A DNA stretch of 64,000 bases, taken from assembly GCA_905234175.1 (NCBI GenBank), contig CAJOGX010000005.1, forward strand, positions 785-64,784. Reading direction: 5' to 3'. The notes under the pieces were generated by a model. The model was not told where the DNA came from, did not search any database, and saw only the letters and a list, made by a program, of their open reading frames with translations. Positions 37,565-46,036 of the stretch are shown here, in pieces. Position 1 is the first letter of the stretch. Each line of letters begins with the position of its first letter. A program made the position numbers and the translations under genes. The stretch comes from an uncultured Selenomonadaceae bacterium. GTDB taxonomy: Bacteria > Bacillota > Negativicutes > Selenomonadales > Selenomonadaceae.

Positions 37565-37648
37565 GCCGCGTGTAGGTCGCCGGAAGCGACCTTCCCACGC
37601 GGCTAGCCTTTCTTTGCCAACTTTCTTTCTGCAATGAGAAAGAAAGTT
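37565..37648 (-). repeat. 3'-flank composite: shared hairpin module of the dispersed element (copy C) plus a long GC hairpin
   Basis: Minus strand, just after the lctP stop: ctttctttctcattgcagaaagaaag + ttggcaaagaaagg matches the 5' module of copies A and B. An interrupted 14-bp hairpin ccgcgtg-ggaaggtcgc...gcgacct-acacgcgg follows. Confidence 0.65.
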
Positions 37649-37652
37649 GATT

Positions 37653-39182
37653 CTATCCAACGAGCGCTAATCCGAAATAAACCACCGCTCCCATGAAAAT
37701 TACGAACGGAATATAAATCTTAACTGCGAACGCCAAAAGCTGAGCGTCTGCGCCCTTGACGCCAATCGCCGCCGAGCCAATCGCAATCGTCAGCGGCGAA
37801 ATCATTTTGCCTGCGCACGCGCCAGTTGCATTTGCCGCCGCAACCCACGCCTGTCCAGTTTCCGTAGCGCCAATCGCCTGACTCGCCATGACCTGCAGCT
37901 TTCCGAAAAGAACGCAGCTCGAAGTTGCCGAGCCGGTAATGTACGTGCCGACCGAGCCAAGAAACGCCGCAATCGCAGGGTACGCCGAGCCCGTCGCTGC
38001 AACCGCCGTATCCGCAATCTGATTCGTCATGCCGCTGTAGCCCATAACCTTCGCCGTCGCGATAACCGCGATAATCGTTATCATCGTGAACTTCAAGCCG
38101 TTAATCGTGCGTCCCAAAAGCGCTAACATTTCGCCAAAACCCGCGCCCTGCTTACTGCCCGCTATGAACGCCGCCAGCAAAATCAAAACGCCTGGCGTGT
38201 TAATCCAGACGAACGTGTACGGCGCGCCGCCCTCGCCCGTGTAAATCGGCACCGCTGACTTGAACTGCATTAAAAACGAATTTATCGGCGGCACCAGCTT
38301 GCTCGTGAACAGCAGGAAAATGAAAATCAAAATGAACGGCAGGCAGGCGTTAATTCCCTTTGCCGCAGTGACATTCGCGGCGGCCTGCGACGGCATTGCA
38401 AATTCTGCGTCGTCAACTGGAAATTTTTTCGCCAGGAAAACTATCGTGCCCATAGTTAAAATCGCGCCCGCGACTACCGCAAGCTCCGGCCCCACGAACA
38501 TCGACAGCGCCAGTTCCGGCAGGAAAAACGCTAAGCCCGAACCCAGACAAAACATCGTCATTCCGCGCAGACCCTTCATTCCGCCGCCGCTGACGATTGT
38601 TATCAGCCACGGGCAGAGCAATGTTAAAACGCCCAGCTGAAGCGAAGTGAAAGTCGCCAGCTGTACCGTGTCTATCGCCGTCACGTTGCCCAAAGTCACC
38701 AGCGGGATTCCGATTGAGCCGTACGCCGTCGGTACCGAGTTCGCAATTAAGCAGACAGAAACCGAAAGAATTGGATTGATTCCGATACCCGCGAGCATAC
38801 CGGCAGGAACCGCGACCGCCGTTCCAAAGCCCGCCATACCTTCCAGAAAGCCGCCGAAGCCCCACGCGATAAGCAGAATCAAAACGCGCTTGTCGTGGCT
38901 GACGCTCGTCAGCATGTCTTTAATCGTGTCCATCGCCTTCGTGTGGAGCGTTAAATTATAAGTAAAAATTGCTGCGACGATAACCAGTAAAATCGGCCAG
39001 CACGCCAGTGCCAGGCCTTCCAGTACCGCCTCGATTGCGTAGTTGCTCTGCATTCCCCAGACGCCCATTCCGGCGCCCAGCGAAATTATCAGCGCGACTA
39101 TACACGCCTTCCACGGCGCCATTTTTATCACGCTGAGCGCAAGCACCAGCCACAAAATTGGCGATAGCGCAAGTAAAAACAT
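37653..39182 (-). CDS. lctP: L-lactate permease (LctP family)
   Basis: About 510 aa, polytopic. Glycine-rich LctP-type motifs include GFGGFLEGMAGFGTAVAV. Start is uncertain: ATG 39182, GTG 39185 or TTG 39206. GGGAGG lies upstream. Confidence 0.85.
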   Translation of the reverse strand: MFLLALSPILWLVLALSVIKMAPWKACIVALIISLGAGMGVWGMQSNYAIEAVLEGLALACWPILLVIVAAIFTYNLTLHTKAMDTIKDMLTSVSHDKRVLILLIAWGFGGFLEGMAGFGTAVAVPAGMLAGIGINPILSVSVCLIANSVPTAYGSIGIPLVTLGNVTAIDTVQLATFTSLQLGVLTLLCPWLITIVSGGGMKGLRGMTMFCLGSGLAFFLPELALSMFVGPELAVVAGAILTMGTIVFLAKKFPVDDAEFAMPSQAAANVTAAKGINACLPFILIFIFLLFTSKLVPPINSFLMQFKSAVPIYTGEGGAPYTFVWINTPGVLILLAAFIAGSKQGAGFGEMLALLGRTINGLKFTMITIIAVIATAKVMGYSGMTNQIADTAVAATGSAYPAIAAFLGSVGTYITGSATSSCVLFGKLQVMASQAIGATETGQAWVAAANATGACAGKMISPLTIAIGSAAIGVKGADAQLLAFAVKIYIPFVIFMGAVVYFGLALVG

Positions 39183-39252
39183 CACAGTTGCATCGACCTC
39201 CCACAATGAGCGTCGACTTCAGCCTTCAGTGCCTTTCACCGACGCCCGAAAA

Positions 39253-39669
39253 CTATTTAACCACCAGAACGGGACATTTTGCCCGCTCGATAATGTACTG
39301 GCTGACTGAGCCCAACAGCACGCCCTTAACGAAACTCAAGCCGCGACTTCCCATAACAATTAAATCCGCGTCGAGGCTTTCCTGATAGTCTAAAATCATA
39401 ACGGCAGGCGCGCCGACTTCCAAAATTTCTTCGTGAGAAATATTTTCCGGCACGGAATTTCCAGCGCGATTTAAAATCGTCCGGCCGGCTTTTCTTACGG
39501 CGTCCATAATCGCATGGGAAAGCGCCGCGTTTATCGCAACCTGATTGATATTGGCGACGTACAGGAAATGCAGTTCCGCGCCGTAAATTTCAGCAAGCTT
39601 GACGGCCTCGGCAACGGCCTTATCAGAAGTTTCGGAGCCGTCCACGGGAACCAGAATATTTTTTATCAC
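39253..39669 (-). CDS. universal stress protein (UspA family)
   Basis: GTG at 39669 lies 5 nt after AGGTGA. KNILVPVDGSETS...LIVMGSRGLS...GSVSQYIIERAKCPVLVV are canonical Usp motifs. Confidence 0.85.
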   Translation of the reverse strand: MIKNILVPVDGSETSDKAVAEAVKLAEIYGAELHFLYVANINQVAINAALSHAIMDAVRKAGRTILNRAGNSVPENISHEEILEVGAPAVMILDYQESLDADLIVMGSRGLSFVKGVLLGSVSQYIIERAKCPVLVVK

Positions 39670-39822
39670 AAGAATCACCTGCCGAATTTCATTTTCTATG
39701 CACGCCGCAAAAATCCTGCCAAAATATTCAGCGGCGGCGTGCGCATTTTTCAAAAAAAATATCGACGTGACAAGGGTATTTGTGATAAGATATATGCGTT
39801 TTATTTTGGAGGTGATTTTTCA

Positions 39823-42183
39823 ATGGCGGACGATAACGGAAATCCTTCGCGCGGGGGCAGTTCCGTCTGGCGCGGGATTAAGACGTTCCTGAAAATTATT
39901 CTTGGAATTGTAATTTTTATAGTCGTTACGGTGGCCGGCGTTGGAATTGGCTTTATGACGGCGAATATGAACGCGCGCCCCGATGTTGCCGGCGAAATTG
40001 TTCCGCAGGCGTCGTCTCAGATTTACGATTCGGCGGGCAACGAAATTGCCAACATTCACGCGGCGGAAAATCGCATGCCCGTCAAGATTGAGCAGATCCC
40101 GATAAATCTTCAGCGCGCGTTTATCGCCATCGAGGACAACCGCTTTTACGAACATAACGGCATTGACCCTCGCGGCTTAGCCCGTGCCATCTATTCAAAT
40201 ATTTCCAAGCAGGAAATTGCTGAGGGCGGCTCCACGATTACTCAGCAGCTGGCAAAAAACGCTTACCTCACGCAGGAACGCACGATTAAGCGCAAGGTGC
40301 AGGAAGTTTTTCTCGCGCTCCAGCTTGAAAAGCAGTACACAAAGCAGGAAATTCTGGAATTTTATCTGAACCAGATTTACTTCGGGCGCGGCGCTTACGG
40401 CGTGCAGGCGGCGGCTAAAACTTACTTCAACAAAAACGTCGAAGAATTGAACCTGTCCGAGTGCGCGCTCCTAGCCGGTATTCCTAAAAGCCCGAACTAT
40501 TATTCGCCGTTCAACGATATACAGGCGGCAGTTGAGCGCAGAAATCTTGTGCTCGACCAGATGGTTAAGTACCGCTACCTCAGCCGCGACGAAGCCAACG
40601 AGGCGAAAAACGCTGAGCTTGTCCTTGCCTCGCCAAACCGCCCCGAAGAGCAGAAGGACGCGGAATATTTCATAACCTACGTCACGCAGGAGATGATTGA
40701 GAAATTCGGCGCCGACGCGGTTTACAAGGAAGGGCTGAAAATTTACACGACGATTGATATGGACATGCAGCGAATGGCTGAGCAGGCGGTTGCCAACAAT
40801 CTGCCGAACGACTACACCGACGCCAACGGCATTCAGCAGCCCCAATGCGCTATCGTTGCGATTGAGCCGAAAACCGGCTACGTTCGCGTTATGTTCGGCG
40901 GACGCGGTACCGACCAGTTCAACCGCGCGGCGCAGGCGGAGCGTCAGCCTGGCTCTTCATTCAAGCCCTTCGTTTTTGCCGCCGCACTCGAAAACGGTTT
41001 CACGCCCGACACGATGATTGAGGACAGCCCGATTAATATCAACGGCTGGCAGCCCCAAAACGACAGTCGGCGTTTCAGCGGCAACGTTTCAATGCGCACC
41101 GTCGCAACTTTTTCCATGAACGTCCCGACCGTCAAAATCGCGCAGAAAATTGGTATCGACAACATTATTTACTATGCGCAGCAGATGGGCATTACAACTT
41201 TCGTCATGGACGGCGCCACTAACGACAGAAATCTGGCGACTTCCCTCGGCGGACTCACGCGCGGCGTTACCCCCCTGGAAATTGCCAGCGCCTATTGCAC
41301 TTTTGCGAACGGCGGCATTCATATTCCTCACACTTCCGTTACAAAAGTTCTCGACCGCAAAGGCAACGTCATTTTTGAGGCCGTGCCCGAAGGCGTCGCC
41401 GTTATCACGCCCGAAAGCGCCGCCAGTCTTACCAGTATGCTCGAAGACGTTATCACAAAGGGCAGCGGCCGCCGCGCCGCGATTGGCAGACCCGCCGCCG
41501 GGAAAACCGGCACGACCAGCGATTATAAGGACGCGTGGTTTGTAGGCTACACGCCGGATTTGGTCGCCGCTGTCTGGGTTGGCAACGACGACGGCACCAC
41601 GACCAACGGCATTATGGGCGGCCAGACGCCAGCCGCAACCTGGAGCGATTTCATGTACCAGGCGCTTGCTAATACGCCCGTCCACTATTTCAGCGAGCTT
41701 GTTGTTGAGCGCAGACAGGTTTCACGCCCGCCCGCGCCCGAACAAATTCAGCCGCCAGATGAACCCGCGCCAGCTCCTGCGCCCAGCCGTTCCTATGCAG
41801 ATTATTCTTATCAGCCTGAACCGCGCTACCGTGAAGATTATCCGCCGGAACCTGAGCCGGAGCCCGAACCGTCTTACACGGAGCCGGAACCCAGCTACTA
41901 CGACGAGCCCGCGCCGTCTTACGAGGAGCCTTCCTACAGCGAGCCGGAGCAAAATTATTATGACGAGCCGAGCTACAACGATTCGAGTTACAGCGAGCCG
42001 GAGCAAAATTATTACGACGAGCCGAGCTACAGCGAGCCGGAGCAAAATTATTACGACGAGCCGAGCTACAGCGAGCCGGAACAAAATTATTACGACGAGC
42101 CGAGCTATAACGATTCCTATGACGATTCTTACTACGACGACGCGCCGACGCCTGGCGATGACCTTGCGAAGGGCGCGGATTGA
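39823..42183 (+). CDS. penicillin-binding protein 1A (GT51 transglycosylase + transpeptidase) with a long repetitive acidic Tyr/Pro/Glu tail
   Basis: ATG follows GGAGGTG. EDNRFYEHNGID and GGSTITQQ (GT51); SSFKPF, SMN and KTGTT (transpeptidase). The last ~160 aa are low complexity. Confidence 0.92.
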   Translation: MADDNGNPSRGGSSVWRGIKTFLKIILGIVIFIVVTVAGVGIGFMTANMNARPDVAGEIVPQASSQIYDSAGNEIANIHAAENRMPVKIEQIPINLQRAFIAIEDNRFYEHNGIDPRGLARAIYSNISKQEIAEGGSTITQQLAKNAYLTQERTIKRKVQEVFLALQLEKQYTKQEILEFYLNQIYFGRGAYGVQAAAKTYFNKNVEELNLSECALLAGIPKSPNYYSPFNDIQAAVERRNLVLDQMVKYRYLSRDEANEAKNAELVLASPNRPEEQKDAEYFITYVTQEMIEKFGADAVYKEGLKIYTTIDMDMQRMAEQAVANNLPNDYTDANGIQQPQCAIVAIEPKTGYVRVMFGGRGTDQFNRAAQAERQPGSSFKPFVFAAALENGFTPDTMIEDSPININGWQPQNDSRRFSGNVSMRTVATFSMNVPTVKIAQKIGIDNIIYYAQQMGITTFVMDGATNDRNLATSLGGLTRGVTPLEIASAYCTFANGGIHIPHTSVTKVLDRKGNVIFEAVPEGVAVITPESAASLTSMLEDVITKGSGRRAAIGRPAAGKTGTTSDYKDAWFVGYTPDLVAAVWVGNDDGTTTNGIMGGQTPAATWSDFMYQALANTPVHYFSELVVERRQVSRPPAPEQIQPPDEPAPAPAPSRSYADYSYQPEPRYREDYPPEPEPEPEPSYTEPEPSYYDEPAPSYEEPSYSEPEQNYYDEPSYNDSSYSEPEQNYYDEPSYSEPEQNYYDEPSYSEPEQNYYDEPSYNDSYDDSYYDDAPTPGDDLAKGAD
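41938..42106 (+). repeat. in-frame tandem DNA repeats (39-nt unit, SEPEQNYYDEPSY) inside the PBP1A tail
   Basis: agcgagccggagcaaaattattacgacgagccgagctac recurs about 4 times, nearly identically. One copy carries a 15-nt insertion. Confidence 0.9.
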
Positions 42184-42196
42184 AAGGGAGATTGAA

Positions 42197-42997
42197 ATGG
42201 CTGTGAAACTTTTTGTGAGCGACATTGACGGCACGATTCTCATTCCGAACAGGAAAGTTTCCGCGCGGAACATTGCGGCGATAAAAAAAATGGTTGACGC
42301 CGGAATTATCGTGACGATTGCGACCGGCAGAATGTACCGCGCCGCGCTGCCCGTCGCGCAGGAACTTGGCGTTGACGTGCCTATTATCACTTACAACGGC
42401 GCGCTGATTAAATCTGCTGGCGGGGAAATTCTTCACGCGGAGTGCATTCCGGCGGAAACTGTCGTTGAGCTCACCAACTTTTTCGAGCGCCACGGCTGGT
42501 ATCTGCAAAACTACAGCGGCGACAATTTATTTTACCCCGCGCGAAACAGGTACACCGACCTTTACGAGGGCGCGCAGAAAATTTCCGGCATGGAAGTTGG
42601 CTGGAACGGTATGCGCGGACTCACGGAAAACGTTTACAAACTGCTGAGCATTTCCGCCGGCGCTGAGGAAACCGCTGAGCGAATGGCGGCGGTTCGCGCG
42701 GAATTTGGCGGCAGGATTGAAGCTACGAAGTCTCACCCGCAGTTCGTGGAAATTAGCGGCGCTGGCGTTTCCAAGGCGTCCGCCGTGAAAGTTCTCGCAA
42801 AAATTTTTGGCGTCGACCGCGCGGAAGTCATGGCGATTGGCGACAGCGATAACGATTTACCGATGTTGAAGGCGGCTGGGATTTCCGTGGCGATGGGCAA
42901 CGGCACCGACGAAGTTAAAAATTCCTGCACTTACGTTACGGCGGACTGCGAGGCTGACGGTTTTGCGGCGGCTGTTGAAAAGTACGTGCTGAAATGA
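42197..42997 (+). CDS. Cof-type HAD-IIB family hydrolase
   Basis: FVSDIDGTIL (DxD motif), ATGR, and GDSDNDLPML near the C-terminus. Confidence 0.88.
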   Translation: MAVKLFVSDIDGTILIPNRKVSARNIAAIKKMVDAGIIVTIATGRMYRAALPVAQELGVDVPIITYNGALIKSAGGEILHAECIPAETVVELTNFFERHGWYLQNYSGDNLFYPARNRYTDLYEGAQKISGMEVGWNGMRGLTENVYKLLSISAGAEETAERMAAVRAEFGGRIEATKSHPQFVEISGAGVSKASAVKVLAKIFGVDRAEVMAIGDSDNDLPMLKAAGISVAMGNGTDEVKNSCTYVTADCEADGFAAAVEKYVLK

Positions 42998-43950
42998 GCC
43001 GCGTCACACCAACAGTTGAAGGCGGGCTGCTGACGGCGATAACCGTTATACTCGGACTGGCAGCGGTGTACCTGCCAGTTTTCGGCGCGTTCGTAGAATT
43101 TTTCTGCGGCGTGCCAATCGTCGTGCTGACGGTGCGGCAGGGCGTCCGGCGCGGAGCAGTTTCACTGGCGGCGTCGTTCATTTTGCTGACGATGTTCGTT
43201 GGGCCGCTGCTTTCAATGAGAATCGCGCTGAGCTTTGGGCTTTGCGGACTGGTGCTGGGAATTTGCATGGTGCGCGGCTTCGGCACGGTACAAAGTTTTC
43301 TGACGACGCTGGTTACGGCGTTTGTCGCGCAGGTTATCGCCGTGGGAATTTTAATGCTGGCGCTGGGCGTGAACCCGACGGACGTTGAGCTGAAGGCTGT
43401 GCAGGAGGCGTTCGACGAATCGTTCAAAATGTACGAAGAAATGGGCGTCGACCAGCAGGCGATAGCTCAGCTGCGCGAACAGGTTGCGCCGTCGATTGAG
43501 CTGCTGAAATATTTAATGCCGATGATTTTGCTGATAATGGCTGTGATAAACGCGGCGGCGTGCTACTTAACGGCGAAGTGGATTTTCCAGAAACTGCACA
43601 TGAAATTTCTTGAGCCGCTGCCGCCCTTCCACGAATGGCGCTTCCCAATGGCTTTCCTGTACCTTGCGGCGTTCGCGATTCTGGGCGTGTACTGGGGTTC
43701 GACGCGCGGCTGGGAAATTTTGTACACGGTCTCGGTCAACCTGGCGTTTTTAGCGATGAGCGTAGGATTTCTGCAGGGCTTAGCGGTACTTTCGTGCGTG
43801 GCGGAGCACTACAACGTTTCGACGTGGCTGCGGCGCGTGATTTTCGTGATTATTATCCTGAACATGCTCACGATTCAGATTGTGGCGTTTACGGGAATGT
43901 TCGACATGATTTTCAACTACAGGAAAAAATTTTCCGACGAGGGGCGGTGA
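42994..43950 (+). CDS. yybS: YybS (DUF2232) family membrane protein
   Basis: 318 aa, polytopic, with an ATGA overlap. It holds the conserved position directly upstream of gdpP. Confidence 0.75.
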   Translation: MSRVTPTVEGGLLTAITVILGLAAVYLPVFGAFVEFFCGVPIVVLTVRQGVRRGAVSLAASFILLTMFVGPLLSMRIALSFGLCGLVLGICMVRGFGTVQSFLTTLVTAFVAQVIAVGILMLALGVNPTDVELKAVQEAFDESFKMYEEMGVDQQAIAQLREQVAPSIELLKYLMPMILLIMAVINAAACYLTAKWIFQKLHMKFLEPLPPFHEWRFPMAFLYLAAFAILGVYWGSTRGWEILYTVSVNLAFLAMSVGFLQGLAVLSCVAEHYNVSTWLRRVIFVIIILNMLTIQIVAFTGMFDMIFNYRKKFSDEGR

Positions 43951-43954
43951 AGTT

Positions 43955-46033
43955 GTGCCGAAACATTTATCGGCGGTGCCGGAAATTCTGATACAGCTTG
44001 CGGTAATTTTGCTGATGATAATATTTTTTTCGCACTACAATCGGTATCTGGCGGCGATTTCGTTCCTGCTCTGGGGGATACTGATAATTTTTTCGTGGGA
44101 CAGGTACAAGCACCGGCGGAAAAAATTTCAGGAGTACTTCGAGAACGTGGTAGGGAGCGGGAACGAACTGATACGCTACGCCGTGACGAACATTCCGCAG
44201 GCGATAATGGTTGTGGACGAGCAGGGGCACGTTGAGTGGTTTAACGATTTAACGGCGCAGTATTCGGAGTTCGAGCCGGAGCAGGGCGCGCTTGTCGACG
44301 AGTTTTGGAACGGGATTTTGCAGGAAGAGGTACTGGCGCCGCTGCCCGAAGACAAGGCGGGGACTATCAAGAGCGGCAGGTACATTGCGAAAAATATTCA
44401 CAAGGTCACAAACGACGACGGCGAAACCGTTGCGAACACGCGCTATTTTATCGTCCGCTACCGCCAGATGGTTACCAAGGGCGATTACCCGCCGCTTATC
44501 GTCGTTTTCGTGCAGGAAATTACCGTCTACGAAAATCTCAGGCGCGACTATCACGACAGCCGCACCGTTCTTATGTACGTGCAGATTGACAACTACGATG
44601 AAATTATGCAGGGTCTGAACGAGGCGGAAAAAACTTCGCTGATGCTGGCGGTTAATGAGGAACTCGAAAAATGGATGGCGGAACTCAGCGGCTTCATTCA
44701 GCGAATCTCAAACGATTTATTTATCGTCGTACTCGAACAGCTCGCGCTCCGCAAAGCTATCGAAGAAAAATTTACGCTGCTGGACAGGGTGCGGCAAATC
44801 GTCAGCAAGAACGGCATTCCCGCCACGCTGTCAATCGGCGCCGCCGTCGCTGAGGAAGAGCCCGCTAAACAATCCATGACTGAACTCGGCAAGCAGGCGC
44901 AGGAACGCTTGAACGCGGCACTTGCGCGCGGCGGTGACCAGGTTGCGATAAACCTTGAAGGCAAGGCGCAATACTTTGGCGGGCGCGCTAAGGCTGTCGA
45001 AAAACACAATCGCGTTAGGGCGCGCGTCATGGCAAATTCTATTCGCGAGCACATGGAGGCCGCCGACGAAATTTTTGTCATGGGGCACGTCCGCGAAGAC
45101 TTTGACGCGTTCGGCGCCGCTATGGGTATCGCCGTCATGGCTTTGCATTTGAAGCGCTCCGTTCACGTCGTGCTCAGCAGTTCCACCGACAGCATTGAAA
45201 AAATTCTCGACCAGTTCAGAAAGGACAAATCCGGCGCCTACAAAAATCTTTTCGTCAAGGGCACCGACCTTTCCGTCCCCAGCTCCATTAACCCGCTGCT
45301 GTTCGTCGTCGATACGCACATTCCCTATCTTACCGCCGCGCCCAATCTCCTCGAACGCATTCAGAACGTGATTGTTATCGACCACCACCGCAAATCCGAT
45401 AACGTCATTCAGAACCCAATCGTTTTCTACCACGAGCCCTCCGCCAGTTCCGCCTGCGAACTCGTCACCGAACTTCTGATGTACTTCGACGAAAAAATTT
45501 CCATTGGCAAGCTGGCGGCGACCGCGCTCTATTCGGGTATCGTCGTCGACACGAAAAGTTTTGTCGTTCAGACGGGCATTCGCACTTTCGACGCGGCAGC
45601 TTACCTCAGGCGTAACGGCGCGGATCCCGTCGTTGTCCGCGAACTTTTTATGTCCGACTACGAAACAACCGTCGCCCTCGCCAGGGCTAAAGCGCAGTCC
45701 GAGTACTTTGAAGGCGGGCTGGTCGTCGCTACAATGCCCACGCTCATGACGAACATTCAGGCGATTGCCGGTCAGGCGGCGGACAGTTTGCTCACGATTG
45801 AAAACGTCCGCATGACGATTGTCCTTTTCCAGATGAAAAACGATACCGTCGGGATTAGCGCGCGCTCCAACGGCACTTTCAACGTTCAGGTGATTATGGA
45901 AGAGTTCGGCGGCGGCGGGCATCAGAATGTTGCGGGCGCGCAGGTCAAAAATTCCAACATTATCGACTTGAAAAACCAGGTCGTTGCCGTCGCCAGAAAA
46001 TTTATTGCTGAAGCTGACAAGGAAGATGATTAA
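43955..46033 (+). CDS. gdpP: cyclic-di-AMP phosphodiesterase GdpP (TM-PAS-degenerate GGDEF-DHH/DHHA1)
   Basis: 692 aa with two N-terminal TM helices. DHH motifs are VMGHVREDFDAFGAAMG, VVDTH and VIDHHR. The DHHA1 motif GGGGHQNVAG lies at the C-terminus. Confidence 0.9.
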   Translation: MPKHLSAVPEILIQLAVILLMIIFFSHYNRYLAAISFLLWGILIIFSWDRYKHRRKKFQEYFENVVGSGNELIRYAVTNIPQAIMVVDEQGHVEWFNDLTAQYSEFEPEQGALVDEFWNGILQEEVLAPLPEDKAGTIKSGRYIAKNIHKVTNDDGETVANTRYFIVRYRQMVTKGDYPPLIVVFVQEITVYENLRRDYHDSRTVLMYVQIDNYDEIMQGLNEAEKTSLMLAVNEELEKWMAELSGFIQRISNDLFIVVLEQLALRKAIEEKFTLLDRVRQIVSKNGIPATLSIGAAVAEEEPAKQSMTELGKQAQERLNAALARGGDQVAINLEGKAQYFGGRAKAVEKHNRVRARVMANSIREHMEAADEIFVMGHVREDFDAFGAAMGIAVMALHLKRSVHVVLSSSTDSIEKILDQFRKDKSGAYKNLFVKGTDLSVPSSINPLLFVVDTHIPYLTAAPNLLERIQNVIVIDHHRKSDNVIQNPIVFYHEPSASSACELVTELLMYFDEKISIGKLAATALYSGIVVDTKSFVVQTGIRTFDAAAYLRRNGADPVVVRELFMSDYETTVALARAKAQSEYFEGGLVVATMPTLMTNIQAIAGQAADSLLTIENVRMTIVLFQMKNDTVGISARSNGTFNVQVIMEEFGGGGHQNVAGAQVKNSNIIDLKNQVVAVARKFIAEADKEDD

Positions 46034-46036
46034 ATT

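Noticed and set aside
39514-39822. N-terminal extensions of track ORFs: 39514 for PBP1A, 41579 for the HAD hydrolase, 28629 for the thioesterase, 17524-18444 for tsaB, 23223 for the GntR regulator, and 22439, 19350, 10629 and 33851.
   Set aside because: The extensions overlap the preceding gene or the opposite-strand gene and have no RBS. Internal ATG, GTG or TTG codons with GGAGG-like sites give the canonical family N-termini.
45880-46036. A SCIFF-like Cys-rich precursor ORF overlapping the end of gdpP or lying in nearby spacers.
   Set aside because: No frame in this stretch, and no intergenic region of the window, shows a clustered Cys (tgc/tgt) pattern or a short ORF with an RBS.
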